From a virus (Duplodnaviria; Caudoviricetes): a DNA stretch of 64,000 nucleotides. Every line of letters starts with the position of its first letter. Position 1 is the first letter of the stretch. The notes under the pieces are model-generated. The model was given only the letters and a program-made list of their open reading frames with translations. It was not told the origin of the DNA and searched no databases. The stretch lies in IMG/VR virus record IMGVR_UViG_3300033075_001021; one strand, 5' to 3'. This document shows positions 42,601 through 52,687 of this stretch, in pieces. The translations under genes were made by a program, and so were the position numbers.

Positions 42601-43025
42601 TACTGTTGATTTTCGGCTGCTTCTTCCTCACCTTGTGCAAAGAGCGCTTTTATTGACTCGTGTAATGTTTCATACTTGTCGTAACCATACTTACGAAGCA
42701 ATAAGGAGAATGTGTTTACGTCAGGCTTAATGATAACGATTTTTCCTCGTTCATCGTCAAAATAGATTTGAGCAATTAATTCTTCAATAACCATTTCTTT
42801 TTGCTCAGTTTCAAGTTGTTCAAAAATGGTCTCATTCAAAAGGATGATGATATCCTCGTTGGTCATGTGTTTCAAAAGGTCGTTTGCTTTTACGACTTTT
42901 CCGATTTCTTTCAATCGATTGTTGGCTAGAATTTTGATATTAACTTCTCTTAAGTTATCAATCTGGTCAACAAATCTACTGAAGAGTTCTTGGGTGTCTT
43001 CAAATACTTCTTCAAATTTTGCCAT
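42600..43025 (-). CDS. hypothetical protein
   Basis: ORF track. Confidence 0.7.
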   Translation of the reverse strand: MAKFEEVFEDTQELFSRFVDQIDNLREVNIKILANNRLKEIGKVVKANDLLKHMTNEDIIILLNETIFEQLETEQKEMVIEELIAQIYFDDERGKIVIIKPDVNTFSLLLRKYGYDKYETLHESIKALFAQGEEEAAENQQ

Positions 43026-43064
43026 AGATAATTGTGATTTTAATATACAAATATACTAAAATAA

Positions 43065-44090
43065 TCACTGAGTTGCAACTTTCTCCCCAAGTTTTTTCAA
43101 TTCAATTATTAAATCTTTCTCTTCATCAGAAATTTGGTTTGGTACAAGCAAGTCAATTTCAACTAACATATCACCACGAACATCTGAGTTCATTGGTTTT
43201 AACCCCTTATTCTGAATTCTAAGCACTTTCCCAACTTTAGATAATTCAGGTAAAGATATTCTTATTTTTCCACCTTCTATTGTTGGTACCTCTATCTTAT
43301 CACCTAAAATAAGTTGCGGATAAGTTACTTTTATCGTCATCTTTAGGTCATCATTAACACGAACAAATTTTTCATGTGGGAGAACCATAATAGTTATTAT
43401 CAAATGACCAGCAATAGCATTTTTAGCGGCATGTCCTTTACCTTCCATTATCATCCGCATTCCATCGGCAACACCAGCTGGTATCCCTAAATCAAGAGTT
43501 TCTTCGACTGATTTAACTCCAGTTCCAGAACACGCATCACAAGATGTTTCGTATACATCACCAGCGCCAGCACATGTTGGACAAGTTTGTACGTTTCTTA
43601 TATCGCCATAAGGTGTTTTTAATATTTCGACAACCATACCACCGCCATTACATGTGGTACAAATCTTTGGATTGCTACCACCTTTTCCATGACAATTTGT
43701 ACATGTTTCATTTCTTTGATATTTGAATTTCTTTGATACACCAGAATAAACCTCCTCAAGAGTTAATTTAACAATCAAACTCATATCAGGTCCCCTATTT
43801 GCTTGTTTTTGGCTAAATCCTGACATTCCAAATTTTCTAAGAAATTCTTCCATTGGGTTGTAACCTGCACCACCCATATTTGGCTGTTGGTGACCATATA
43901 AGTCATATTTGTGCCTCTTATCTTTATCAGATAAGGTTTCATATGCTTCGGTAATTTCTTTAAACGCATCAGCGTCACCACCTTTATCTGGATGATGTGT
44001 CATTGCTAACTTACGATACGCCTTTTTAATATCGTCAAGTGAACAGCTCTTGTTTAATCCAAGAACTTCATAATAATCCCTTTTAGCCAT
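43065..44090 (-). CDS. dnaJ: DnaJ chaperone
   Basis: J domain with HPD, four CxxCxGxG repeats. Confidence 0.95.
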   Translation of the reverse strand: MAKRDYYEVLGLNKSCSLDDIKKAYRKLAMTHHPDKGGDADAFKEITEAYETLSDKDKRHKYDLYGHQQPNMGGAGYNPMEEFLRKFGMSGFSQKQANRGPDMSLIVKLTLEEVYSGVSKKFKYQRNETCTNCHGKGGSNPKICTTCNGGGMVVEILKTPYGDIRNVQTCPTCAGAGDVYETSCDACSGTGVKSVEETLDLGIPAGVADGMRMIMEGKGHAAKNAIAGHLIITIMVLPHEKFVRVNDDLKMTIKVTYPQLILGDKIEVPTIEGGKIRISLPELSKVGKVLRIQNKGLKPMNSDVRGDMLVEIDLLVPNQISDEEKDLIIELKKLGEKVATQ

Positions 44091-44141
44091 CTATTTATTT
44101 TTATGCAAATATACGCTATTTTTCATTAAAAAACAAATTCA

Positions 44142-44801
44142 TTGATATACAGGATAATCATAACAAAAAACGGAAAGTACGAAAAAACTCTACATAAATG
44201 TAAAAAGAGGGAAACCGCTTTTACCAACTATTGGAAGATAATTGATGAGAATCAAAAGGTTATATTCCCTAAAAAATACTTAAACACAAAGAAAATCAAA
44301 CCCGTAAAATATGAAATTTGTGTGGTTAAACCAACTGAAAAGGGTGATGTGTTTAGGACAATAAGGGATGATTTTGGAAGAACTTATATTGAAAAACCAA
44401 TTGGTGAGTGGACAATCATTGATTCTGCTCCATACCAAATAGAAGAACGATTCTGGGTGTTTGGAATGGACCCGAAGGCTAACAGACCAACAATAAAAGA
44501 AGTGGTTAAAAGGCTAGTTTCTGGGGCCTATAAGAAGAAAATGACTAAACAAGTAATTGTGGTCAATAATAAGCTTCTTATCTATAATGAAGAACAATTT
44601 GATATGGTTATTTGTAAATGTAAGGCTGATGCCCAAAGATTACATCATACATTAGCTAAAACAGCAAAAAAACAAAAAATAAAAAGTTTGCTGTTTATGG
44701 GTACAGCGACACCAGCAACAGCAAACCGTTTATATGATATTATTCAAGAAAATACTGGGTGGTCATACACCAAAATTTGGCGTACAACAACTAGGCCTTA
44801 A
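44142..44801 (+). CDS. basic hypothetical protein
   Basis: 219-aa ORF. Confidence 0.7.
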   Translation: MIYRIIITKNGKYEKTLHKCKKRETAFTNYWKIIDENQKVIFPKKYLNTKKIKPVKYEICVVKPTEKGDVFRTIRDDFGRTYIEKPIGEWTIIDSAPYQIEERFWVFGMDPKANRPTIKEVVKRLVSGAYKKKMTKQVIVVNNKLLIYNEEQFDMVICKCKADAQRLHHTLAKTAKKQKIKSLLFMGTATPATANRLYDIIQENTGWSYTKIWRTTTRP

Positions 44802-45139
44802 TTGGTAATATTTTCTTCTGGTAAATCATCAATTTCATCCCCAACACCAAATTGTTTTGAAATGTCATCAATCATTTTGGCCACCTTATCCATTTCAAGT
44901 TTTGGTACCACAACTGGATTTAAACATTCAACCCTCTCTTCACCATCAGTTGACATAAAGAGAGCAATAGCATTCATTTTTTTATAATTAATCATGTGAT
45001 TAATAGATTCTGCAAAAGGTTTAAGAATCTCAGGGTTTAGCATCATTTCACGGTCAAGGTAAAATACCAAAACCAATGGGTGTTGTGTTGTTTCGTTCAT
45101 GTTTAGTTTTTTTCTAGTATTTCTATATTTGTTTGCCAT
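44798..45139 (-). CDS. hypothetical protein
   Basis: ORF track. Confidence 0.65.
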   Translation of the reverse strand: MANKYRNTRKKLNMNETTQHPLVLVFYLDREMMLNPEILKPFAESINHMINYKKMNAIALFMSTDGEERVECLNPVVVPKLEMDKVAKMIDDISKQFGVGDEIDDLPEENITN

Positions 45140-45312
45140 GCAAACTTATTGTAATAATCAAGAATTGCCGAATTTTTTTGTTCTTCGCCAAATGCTGTAA
45201 TTGCTTCAATTGGTGTATCGTCAATCATTAAATACACTATAAACTCAGGTACTACTCTATTCTTATGAGTTTTGCTTTTGTATTCATCGATTTTTTTTAC
45301 TAGGATATACAT
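45103..45312 (-). CDS. hypothetical protein
   Basis: ORF track. Confidence 0.55.
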   Translation of the reverse strand: MYILVKKIDEYKSKTHKNRVVPEFIVYLMIDDTPIEAITAFGEEQKNSAILDYYNKFAWQTNIEILEKN

Positions 45313-45399
45313 AGTTGTTAAATTATACTCAAGACTATGATTTTTTTTTCAAAGTGTAAATAGTAAATAAAAAAAAGACCCACATTTCTGTGGGCCTTT

Positions 45400-45622
45400 A
45401 AAATACTTTAAGCTAGTCTCCAAGATGTGGGAGCATTTACTTCTAACTCAGTTTGAAGGTTGTTTCTAAAATTATAGTGATTTTTGGGTCGGTCTAATTT
45501 ACCCTAATCGGTTTAAAGGTAGAAACAATACTAAAAGACCTACGTTTCTGTTTTAGCAATTGAATCTTAAGTGTTTTAGGTTTGCAGTATACACCTTTTT
45601 TAAGACAAGCTAAAGTATTTTT
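45400..45622 (-). ncRNA. structured RNA directly 3' of TROVE/vWA gene; contains motif copy F (45421-45597)
   Basis: outer stem AAATACTTT-AGCT-TGTCT / AGACT-AGCT-TAAAGTATTT; AAGGTGT-A-TACTGCAA...ACATCTTG; terminator follows. Confidence 0.65.
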
Positions 45623-45625
45623 TTC

Positions 45626-47077
45626 TTAAATAGTTACTGGTGCGTAACGTTCGCTGTTTATCACAGCGAACATCATGCTGATTGGTGTCAGGTCTTTACC
45701 TGCCAACAAGTTGGTAAGTAAAGATGGGCTGAATCCAGATACCAAGGCTGTTCCTTGCTTATCGAACTGAACAGGGAAGTTATCGTTCCTTGCATTAAGG
45801 TTCCAATAAACAACCTTTGGCATCTTGTACCCTGCATCAGCGTACATAGATTCAATCATCTGCTGAGCAGTTGGATTCCAACCGCTGCTACGGCCCCAAC
45901 CACCTCCAGTTGCGGAATTGAATTCCATGTCTGATAATATCAGAATCATGGTTGGCATTTCAGACTGAGCAACATTTGATTGCTTAGCCTTGGTCAAGAT
46001 TAACTTGAACACAGCTTCGATGTCTGTTGAACCATCCCAATCAGCTCTTGCCAATTGGTTGTATCTTTCACTCAATGACCCCTTAAGGTATTGAAGTTTT
46101 GGATTGGTTGAGAAAGTGATGAACGCATCTTTGAAAGGGCCTTCGTTTCTTTCTGAAATGTATAAACCTAGTGAGATAGATACATCCATGCAGGTTACGT
46201 TCTTGCTACCACCAGCTGAACAGCTCATTGAGCCAGATACGTCAACAACTGGTAACAACATTTCGTTATTGTTCAACATATAGTTTGGAAGTGCTTTCCA
46301 CTGTGCATCTGCACCCCTTGCACTACCAAATCTCAAATTCTTGGTAATATCGTATGGATATAAAGCACCAGCATTAATCTTTGTTTCACCTTTTTCAAGT
46401 GAAGTCAAGTATGCTTGGAATCTCTCCAAGTCATTCTTAGAGAATGCCTTCATGTAATCAGACATCGCCTTAGAAGGCAATTTAGAATACTCAATTGCAC
46501 TCCAGTTCTTAGAACACATCAATTGTTCTACTGTGTTAGACAAGCTAACCAATAGCTTACGATATTCTTTTGGTGAAAGGTTTAAATACTTCCTAAGAGC
46601 AGTAGCTTGACGCTTGCTTTCCCTGTTACCACCATTTGGACGTGGCATCCACTTAGCACATAGGCCATTCTTGTCGGCAAGACCCTTGCTAATAAGCTCA
46701 AGGGCTTGATTTTCAAGCCTTGTACCTACAAGTACAAGCAAGTCATCCCAACGACCATACTCTGGGAACAATGACAAGTTCTTTGCTAAAGAATCAGTCT
46801 TTGTTTCAGCAAGGTGCGCAACGATGTCTCTGAAGATTTGTCTTTCTCCAGCACCACCTCTTACGTCACGTGCCCAGAACAATAGCTTCATGGCAGTTAA
46901 AGCGTCCTCATTATACGCTTTAACAAATGCGTTGATAAGACGTTGCTTATCTTGGCCACGCATAGCACCAATCTGGAAGAACAGGTTTACACAACTGTTC
47001 AAAGATGGTGTGCTTGTAGTCATACCGTTTTCAGTGTATGAATTGTTTGTCTGTAAAGCGTTTAATAAAGTGCTCAT
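45626..47077 (-). CDS. TROVE/Ro60-related vWA protein (DUF2828-like)
   Basis: RDVRGGAGER, YGRWDDL, AKWMPR; MIDAS DVSGSM, SDMEF, YWNL. Confidence 0.82.
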   Translation of the reverse strand: MSTLLNALQTNNSYTENGMTTSTPSLNSCVNLFFQIGAMRGQDKQRLINAFVKAYNEDALTAMKLLFWARDVRGGAGERQIFRDIVAHLAETKTDSLAKNLSLFPEYGRWDDLLVLVGTRLENQALELISKGLADKNGLCAKWMPRPNGGNRESKRQATALRKYLNLSPKEYRKLLVSLSNTVEQLMCSKNWSAIEYSKLPSKAMSDYMKAFSKNDLERFQAYLTSLEKGETKINAGALYPYDITKNLRFGSARGADAQWKALPNYMLNNNEMLLPVVDVSGSMSCSAGGSKNVTCMDVSISLGLYISERNEGPFKDAFITFSTNPKLQYLKGSLSERYNQLARADWDGSTDIEAVFKLILTKAKQSNVAQSEMPTMILILSDMEFNSATGGGWGRSSGWNPTAQQMIESMYADAGYKMPKVVYWNLNARNDNFPVQFDKQGTALVSGFSPSLLTNLLAGKDLTPISMMFAVINSERYAPVTI

Positions 47078-47139
47078 AAAAAATTTTTTTTCAATAAATT
47101 GTTTTGGATTATTATAGAGTTACAAATATACGAAGAAAA

Positions 47140-47673
47140 TTAACGATTTGCAACTTTTTCCCCAACTTTTTTTGGTTTTTTTTCTACTGAGCGATATTTT
47201 ATGTGCATTAAATCAATTGTTTTGACCTTAACTAATATGTCTTTTCGGTTTTTTCTTTGAAAGAAAACATATGGGTCTTTGACATGTTTTGGTTTGATAT
47301 CCTTAATTGTATCTTGAGTATAAGCCATCTTTTTTTCCAAAAAACGCCGTAGTTTTAACGTACCAACAAGAATAAAGTATTCATCTGTTTCAAATGCTAT
47401 TACATCCGAATCCCCATAAAGCCAGCCTATGTTTCCATCGGAATTTTGAATTTCAACCCAATTAATATTTTCATTTGGGTATGGGTCAAACCTATCGTCG
47501 TTCTTTATACCTTTTACATCAACTTTTACAGGGTCGCCATCAATTTCAACCATAACATCCCAATGTTTGTGTATATCCTCATATTTTGAGGCTTTTTTAA
47601 TCAATGGAAAAATTTTTAAAAATTTCTCTTCAGCCTCTTTACCTTGTTTAACTTGTACATCATTTTTTGCCAT
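47140..47673 (-). CDS. PD-(D/E)xK nuclease-like protein
   Basis: G..AE...HWD...VDVK. Confidence 0.6.
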   Translation of the reverse strand: MAKNDVQVKQGKEAEEKFLKIFPLIKKASKYEDIHKHWDVMVEIDGDPVKVDVKGIKNDDRFDPYPNENINWVEIQNSDGNIGWLYGDSDVIAFETDEYFILVGTLKLRRFLEKKMAYTQDTIKDIKPKHVKDPYVFFQRKNRKDILVKVKTIDLMHIKYRSVEKKPKKVGEKVANR

Positions 47674-47674
47674 G

Positions 47675-47905
47675 TTATGATGTTTGATTATTCTTTTTGA
47701 ATCTTATTAATATCCCCTCAATTTCAATTTCAAATACATCGGCTGGAACAAAGATTACACCCTGTTTTAATTTATAAAACAATTCCTCATTCATTTTATT
47801 ATGTATTGATTCTGGTAATTCATATACTAGAACCAAGCCATTCTTTTCAATGTCTGGGTTGTCAACGATTTCAGATACCGTCCTGATTAATTTTTCATAT
47901 GTCAT
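47675..47905 (-). CDS. hypothetical protein
   Basis: ORF track. Confidence 0.6.
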   Translation of the reverse strand: MTYEKLIRTVSEIVDNPDIEKNGLVLVYELPESIHNKMNEELFYKLKQGVIFVPADVFEIEIEGILIRFKKNNQTS

Positions 47906-47906
47906 A

Positions 47907-48176
47907 TTAAAATCTTGTAAATATTTTCTTTAGGAACATTTTTAGTTTGTAATGCCATGGTCGTTTAATAAAAACTACTTTTCCACGTTGTTCCTTTATT
48001 TCCTCACCAAGCCCGTTTTTGATTTCATCAATAAGTTGGGTCTTTTTTAGGTTGTTTGTATATTCAAACATTTCTCGCTCTCTTTCAGCAAGTTGAATCT
48101 CTTTTGTTAACATTTGGTCTGTCACATTCATAGTATCTTTTTTAACAAATATACAAAATTGTATTGATTTTTTCAA
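47907..48176 (-). CDS. hypothetical protein
   Basis: ORF track; true start probably MNVTDQ. Confidence 0.55.
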   Translation of the reverse strand: MKKSIQFCIFVKKDTMNVTDQMLTKEIQLAEREREMFEYTNNLKKTQLIDEIKNGLGEEIKEQRGKVVFIKRPWHYKLKMFLKKIFTRF

Positions 48177-48541
48177 GTATTTTCATAGTTTTAAATAAAA
48201 AAAATATGAATGTACTAGTATTTTTACTTATTTCATATGGTGCCTGTAATAATATGATATTTGGCTCCATATTTGAAGGTTTTAGAAACTTTTTATCTAA
48301 ATTTGGAACTGGTGGTTATAGTCTACATAAACTATTCACATGTTTTATGTGTTTAGGTACGTGGATGGGTTTTGCAATCACCGCTATATTATTGCTTGCT
48401 AAAATCCCCACACCAATTCAAATTTTAAATCCATGGTTATGTATTTTTTTTCATGGACTGTTATCCACAGGTGGTGTATGGTTAATTCATACAATTCAAG
48501 AAGCTTTTGAAAGAGCCTTTAATAATGAAACCCCAGATTAA
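48164..48541 (+). CDS. membrane protein, DUF1360-like
   Basis: hydrophobic, LFTCFMCLGTW. Confidence 0.65.
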   Translation: MIFSSIFIVLNKKNMNVLVFLLISYGACNNMIFGSIFEGFRNFLSKFGTGGYSLHKLFTCFMCLGTWMGFAITAILLLAKIPTPIQILNPWLCIFFHGLLSTGGVWLIHTIQEAFERAFNNETPD

Positions 48542-48552
48542 CTGGGGTTTTT

Positions 48553-49269
48553 TTATAGGTCTTTATTTTCAATACATTTCGGACATGCTTCTTCTGGCCC
48601 ACAATCGCAATCACCAGTATCGTCTATTGCATTTTGAATCGTTTTCTTTGGTGGTAATTCGATAGTCTGTGAAATTTTTCTAACCTGACCATTTTTAGAT
48701 TGTGCTTCTTTCATCTTACGATAATTCTCAGCTCTTTGTTCTTCAGCCAAGATTTCGGCTTCATCGTCATCATATTCTGTCATGTCTGGTCTTTGAACCT
48801 CATCAATTTCGATATCAGAAACAACTTGTGTAGGTTGGATTGATGGTCCTGATACAACATTGCTTTCTGGTTCTTCTGTTAAATCAAAGTCTTCTAGCTC
48901 TGGTACCAACTCTTCATCATTAAATGAAAATTTTAAGCGCTTTAGTTTTGCTAATGGGGTCTTTTTAAATAGTTCTTTTAGTTCATTGACTTTTTCTTTT
49001 AAAAGTTCATGTTTCTTTTCTCGTTCAACATTAACTTTAATCACTAAATCAACGTATTCTAAAAGTTCATCTAAACCAATGCCGTCTTTTTCACTAAAGA
49101 GCATGTAATAATTTAATCCCTCATCACCTTTAACCTTTTTTATTGCTTCAGATTCTGGTAATGTCCATCCATCTTTAAATATTACATCAATTACTGGATA
49201 TCCTTCTAAATAACGGATACCAATAACATATGGTTGTAATGCATCTAATGCTTTTTGTAAATTTGCCAT
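48553..49269 (-). CDS. hypothetical protein with C-terminal Cys cluster
   Basis: CDC....CPKC. Confidence 0.7.
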   Translation of the reverse strand: MANLQKALDALQPYVIGIRYLEGYPVIDVIFKDGWTLPESEAIKKVKGDEGLNYYMLFSEKDGIGLDELLEYVDLVIKVNVEREKKHELLKEKVNELKELFKKTPLAKLKRLKFSFNDEELVPELEDFDLTEEPESNVVSGPSIQPTQVVSDIEIDEVQRPDMTEYDDDEAEILAEEQRAENYRKMKEAQSKNGQVRKISQTIELPPKKTIQNAIDDTGDCDCGPEEACPKCIENKDL

Positions 49270-49276
49270 TGAAACG

Positions 49277-49489
49277 TTAAATTTTTATTCCTGTGAAGAT
49301 ACTCGCTAACAAATATGCTAACGATATACCCAATAACATTAAAGACTTTGCTGATACCCTATACTTTAGTGGTTGCTCTTGTGTTGACGTAAACCATGTC
49401 TGTAAAAAGTAATATGCGTGTCTTGCTGAATTCAGCAATGACATAAAAAACAAAACCATTAATATTTTATTGATAATGTCAATCCACAT
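49277..49489 (-). CDS. small two-TM membrane protein
   Basis: hydropathy. Confidence 0.6.
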   Translation of the reverse strand: MWIDIINKILMVLFFMSLLNSARHAYYFLQTWFTSTQEQPLKYRVSAKSLMLLGISLAYLLASIFTGIKI

Positions 49490-49491
49490 AC

Positions 49492-49677
49492 TTAGGCTTT
49501 TTTATCTTCAGAATTTTTTTCTGAAATTTGTTTTCTTATTTCTTGTGCAAGGGCTTTGATATCTTGTAAAGATTTTCTTACCCTAACACCAGCAGCTTTA
49601 TTGCTTTTCTCATAAAATTTAGTAACATCTTCTTTCATTGAAGCGACTAATTGTTCTAATTCTGTAAACTTATCCAT
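49492..49677 (-). CDS. histone H1-like (Hc1-type) protein
   Basis: KFYEKSNKAAGVRVRKSLQDIKALAQEIR. Confidence 0.8.
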   Translation of the reverse strand: MDKFTELEQLVASMKEDVTKFYEKSNKAAGVRVRKSLQDIKALAQEIRKQISEKNSEDKKA

Positions 49678-49903
49678 TTTCGTTTTCTTTTTCTTGTGTG
49701 TTATTTGTTTTTGATATTAATGTTTGAAATTTACTTATCATCAACTCATTAATTGCTAATGACCTAAGGGTATCTTTTACCTTATGGACCTTTGTGTCAA
49801 TACCATCAGATGAATTAATGGCTTTTTCTAAGTTTTCTTGAAGCTTTAGATTTTCAAGACTTAGGTCGGTTAATATAATAGTGATTATTCTTTGTGAATC
49901 CAT
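49670..49903 (-). CDS. hypothetical protein
   Basis: ORF track. Confidence 0.6.
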   Translation of the reverse strand: MDSQRIITIILTDLSLENLKLQENLEKAINSSDGIDTKVHKVKDTLRSLAINELMISKFQTLISKTNNTQEKENENG

Positions 49904-49946
49904 GTGGGTAATTTAATAAAACATTTGAAAAAATCAAGTAAAAGGG

Positions 49947-50447
49947 CTATTTTTGTTCAAAATTTGTCCCAGACTCAAATAATTTATAGACTTCTATTAG
50001 CGTGTCTACGTCAGATTTGCTCTTATTATTGTTGTAATCTAAGATATATTTCCATAATTTTAGGATATTCTCATTGGCCTTTTCGGTTTCTGTTTTTGGT
50101 ACTGTATAAAAGACTTGGAACATGAAATCGAAAAAGTATTTATACAGTTTTTGGCTATCAACATTAATACCTTCCAACTTAAAATTTTCCACATTCTTAT
50201 TCCAGCACCACTTAAAATGATTTTTTTGTTCAGTTTGTGTGGTTATTTCATCACCTAAATAGGTAGCAAAAATAAGGTTTATTAACAATTGTACAAAATC
50301 ACTATACAATTCGCATTTTTCGTACTTTATATTATGCGCCGCATAAAGAACCAAAATACTTTCTTTACTCATTGGCTTATTTAGATAGTTTATAAACCCA
50401 ATTCCTTTGTTATTGCTTATCATGTCACAAATATAATAGTGAAACAA
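49947..50447 (-). CDS. hypothetical protein
   Basis: ORF track. Confidence 0.65.
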   Translation of the reverse strand: MFHYYICDMISNNKGIGFINYLNKPMSKESILVLYAAHNIKYEKCELYSDFVQLLINLIFATYLGDEITTQTEQKNHFKWCWNKNVENFKLEGINVDSQKLYKYFFDFMFQVFYTVPKTETEKANENILKLWKYILDYNNNKSKSDVDTLIEVYKLFESGTNFEQK

Positions 50448-50518
50448 AAAAAATCAATATTGTGATTTATTAATAAATATTAGTAAAATGAAAAACCCCA
50501 GATACTCTGGGGGTTTTC

Positions 50519-50650
50519 TTATCTTCCTTGGCCACGGTAATTTTTTTCACTTTTATCATGTTTGTTAAAAGATTTTTTAGCTTTACCTGTGCTTTTTTTT
50601 CCAAAACTGATTTTGTTTGTGGCTGATGCGCCGCCTTTTGCTTTTGCCAT
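50519..50650 (-). CDS. 43-aa basic peptide ending YRGQGR
   Basis: MAKAKGGASATNKISFGKK...YRGQGR; terminator follows. Confidence 0.65.
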   Translation of the reverse strand: MAKAKGGASATNKISFGKKSTGKAKKSFNKHDKSEKNYRGQGR

Positions 50651-50656
50651 AGTGAT

Positions 50657-52663
50657 TTATTTACGTATTTTTTTGAGTTCTTTGGCTATGTCTTTTCTTA
50701 CAGATTCCATTAACTCATCATCCATTGCTGGCATCATCGCAGCTTTTTCTGCTCTGATTTTTTCTAATGCAATTTCAGGGTGTTTTTTAGCTAACTCAAG
50801 ATACTGTGGTGGAACCTCTTCTGCTGATTGGGGTTTACCATCAACACCTCTTACAACCAAATTTGGTTTACCTGTTCGTGCACTAAATAACAATTTCACA
50901 TTGGCTGTTGAAACTGTTTTAACATCAATATCGTCATCAGCTGGTTCAATTGATGCTGCTGGGTCTGGTCTTTCGGCCTTTTTAATATCGGCAGCGCTAA
51001 TCTTTTCAGCTCTGTCTTCAACATCTGGGGCGTCTAAGGTTGTATCTCCTTTTAAGAAGGTGTTATCATCTCCAGCATCATATGCATTATCATTTTCATC
51101 ATCCCCATCAACATCATCCATTGGTGTATCCATTGGCGTATCTGTCATTTCCATATCTGGTCTCATTCTCATTGACTCAAGGTCGTCGCTTAATCCATCC
51201 ATTTCATCATCTTCCCAGATTTCAGATTCAGCTATGCTTTTTTTTTTTACATCTTCCCAGTTACCCTTCTTAGCATCAGTTGACATTTTTGTTTTTTTGT
51301 CTTCAATGTGTTCTGTTGCTTCAGGTGCTGAAGAAGTAGCTTCTTCCCAATTACCAGTTTTTGGTTTTGGTGCTTTTGTTCCTTTTTCTGTTGAAGTTGA
51401 ACCTTCTACATGCTTCTTAGCGTCGCTAGCTTGTGGCATTGATATTTTATCCCAGAAACCTTCTTTTGGTTTTGGTGCCTGTGTTCCCTTTTCTGTTGAA
51501 ACGGAACCTTGGATATGCTTTTTAGCTTCAGGGGCATGTTTAACATCTGCTTCTTCAAATGGTGCTTCTTTCTCAGCATCCTGACCTTCGATGTCTTCCA
51601 TTTCCAATAGCTTTTTTGTTTTTTTGTAAATGTCAGCGAAAGCGTCGTTCTCAGTAATTCTATCCTTACCCTTAACGGTACCTAGGGTTTCTTCAGACTT
51701 ATAACCCATAAGGTGTCTCATCTTTTGAATGTCTTCGTTAACGACTTTTTTATCGGATGCCATAAGAACTACGGCTTTACCCTCGGTTAATGAACCTTCC
51801 CAACGAACTCTATACGATTCGTTTCCGTCGGTCATTTCAAATACCTTACTATCTACTTTGTAAGATTCAGGTATCATTTTAATGGCGTTACCAACACCGT
51901 TAAACTCTTTTTTGAATTTAAGTCTTTTCATAGTTTCCTTTATTTGTGGTTGTTTTTTATTTTGTGTTTCATCAATTGAATTAACGCCATATTCTTGACC
52001 TCGACTATCTTTTTCGTAATCGGCGTCAAGACCTTTCATTGCATCGGCAGCTTTTTCTTTATCGGTTTTTTTTGTGTCGTCCTTTGGTTTTTCGTTAGTC
52101 TTTTTTGATTTATCTTCAGACTCAAAAGCATATGGTTTATGTGATTTATCTTTTGTAACCTCCCAATCATCACCAAACATTTTGGTTGTAGGTGTTTGTT
52201 CGTTTCTTTTCTTTTCGGAATCTTTGATTTTTTTAACCAATTTCTTCCCAAATTCAGGACCTGTAAACCCTTGTTGTTCTGGTACGACATTTGCCCACTC
52301 TGGGTTGTTTCCCATCCTAGAACTACCTTCAATTCCTTCCAATGCCCTATCTTTAAAAAGCTTATCTGGCTCCCTATCATATTTGTTCATTTCCATACCA
52401 TTCATGATTTCCATTTCATCATGATATGTTTTTTCCTCATCGTTGGTATAGTTGAACTTGTTCTGAGCCATTTCTTTGGCGTTGGCGTCAGGCTTGGTTA
52501 GACTTTTTTCGTATTTTTCCATGTCTTTAGCAATAGCGTTAACACCATCCTTATTGGCTGTTTTATTCTTGCCTCTAATTTGGTTACCCAATTTCTCAGC
52601 AGGTGTTGTCGCTTCTGATAAAAACGTTTCCTTTAAATACTGTCTAATTATGTTCTTATCCAT
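50657..52663 (-). CDS. large charged protein with internal repeats, possible head core/scaffold
   Basis: repeats A(P/S)(E/D)AKKH..GS.STEKGT.APKPK.G.W; many (L/I)xE sites. Confidence 0.65.
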   Translation of the reverse strand: MDKNIIRQYLKETFLSEATTPAEKLGNQIRGKNKTANKDGVNAIAKDMEKYEKSLTKPDANAKEMAQNKFNYTNDEEKTYHDEMEIMNGMEMNKYDREPDKLFKDRALEGIEGSSRMGNNPEWANVVPEQQGFTGPEFGKKLVKKIKDSEKKRNEQTPTTKMFGDDWEVTKDKSHKPYAFESEDKSKKTNEKPKDDTKKTDKEKAADAMKGLDADYEKDSRGQEYGVNSIDETQNKKQPQIKETMKRLKFKKEFNGVGNAIKMIPESYKVDSKVFEMTDGNESYRVRWEGSLTEGKAVVLMASDKKVVNEDIQKMRHLMGYKSEETLGTVKGKDRITENDAFADIYKKTKKLLEMEDIEGQDAEKEAPFEEADVKHAPEAKKHIQGSVSTEKGTQAPKPKEGFWDKISMPQASDAKKHVEGSTSTEKGTKAPKPKTGNWEEATSSAPEATEHIEDKKTKMSTDAKKGNWEDVKKKSIAESEIWEDDEMDGLSDDLESMRMRPDMEMTDTPMDTPMDDVDGDDENDNAYDAGDDNTFLKGDTTLDAPDVEDRAEKISAADIKKAERPDPAASIEPADDDIDVKTVSTANVKLLFSARTGKPNLVVRGVDGKPQSAEEVPPQYLELAKKHPEIALEKIRAEKAAMMPAMDDELMESVRKDIAKELKKIRK

Positions 52664-52687
52664 GTGTGTTATTTTAATATAAATATC

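Noticed and set aside
50562-51584. 340-aa plus-strand ORF
   Set aside because: Antisense shadow of the repetitive 668-aa minus-strand gene.
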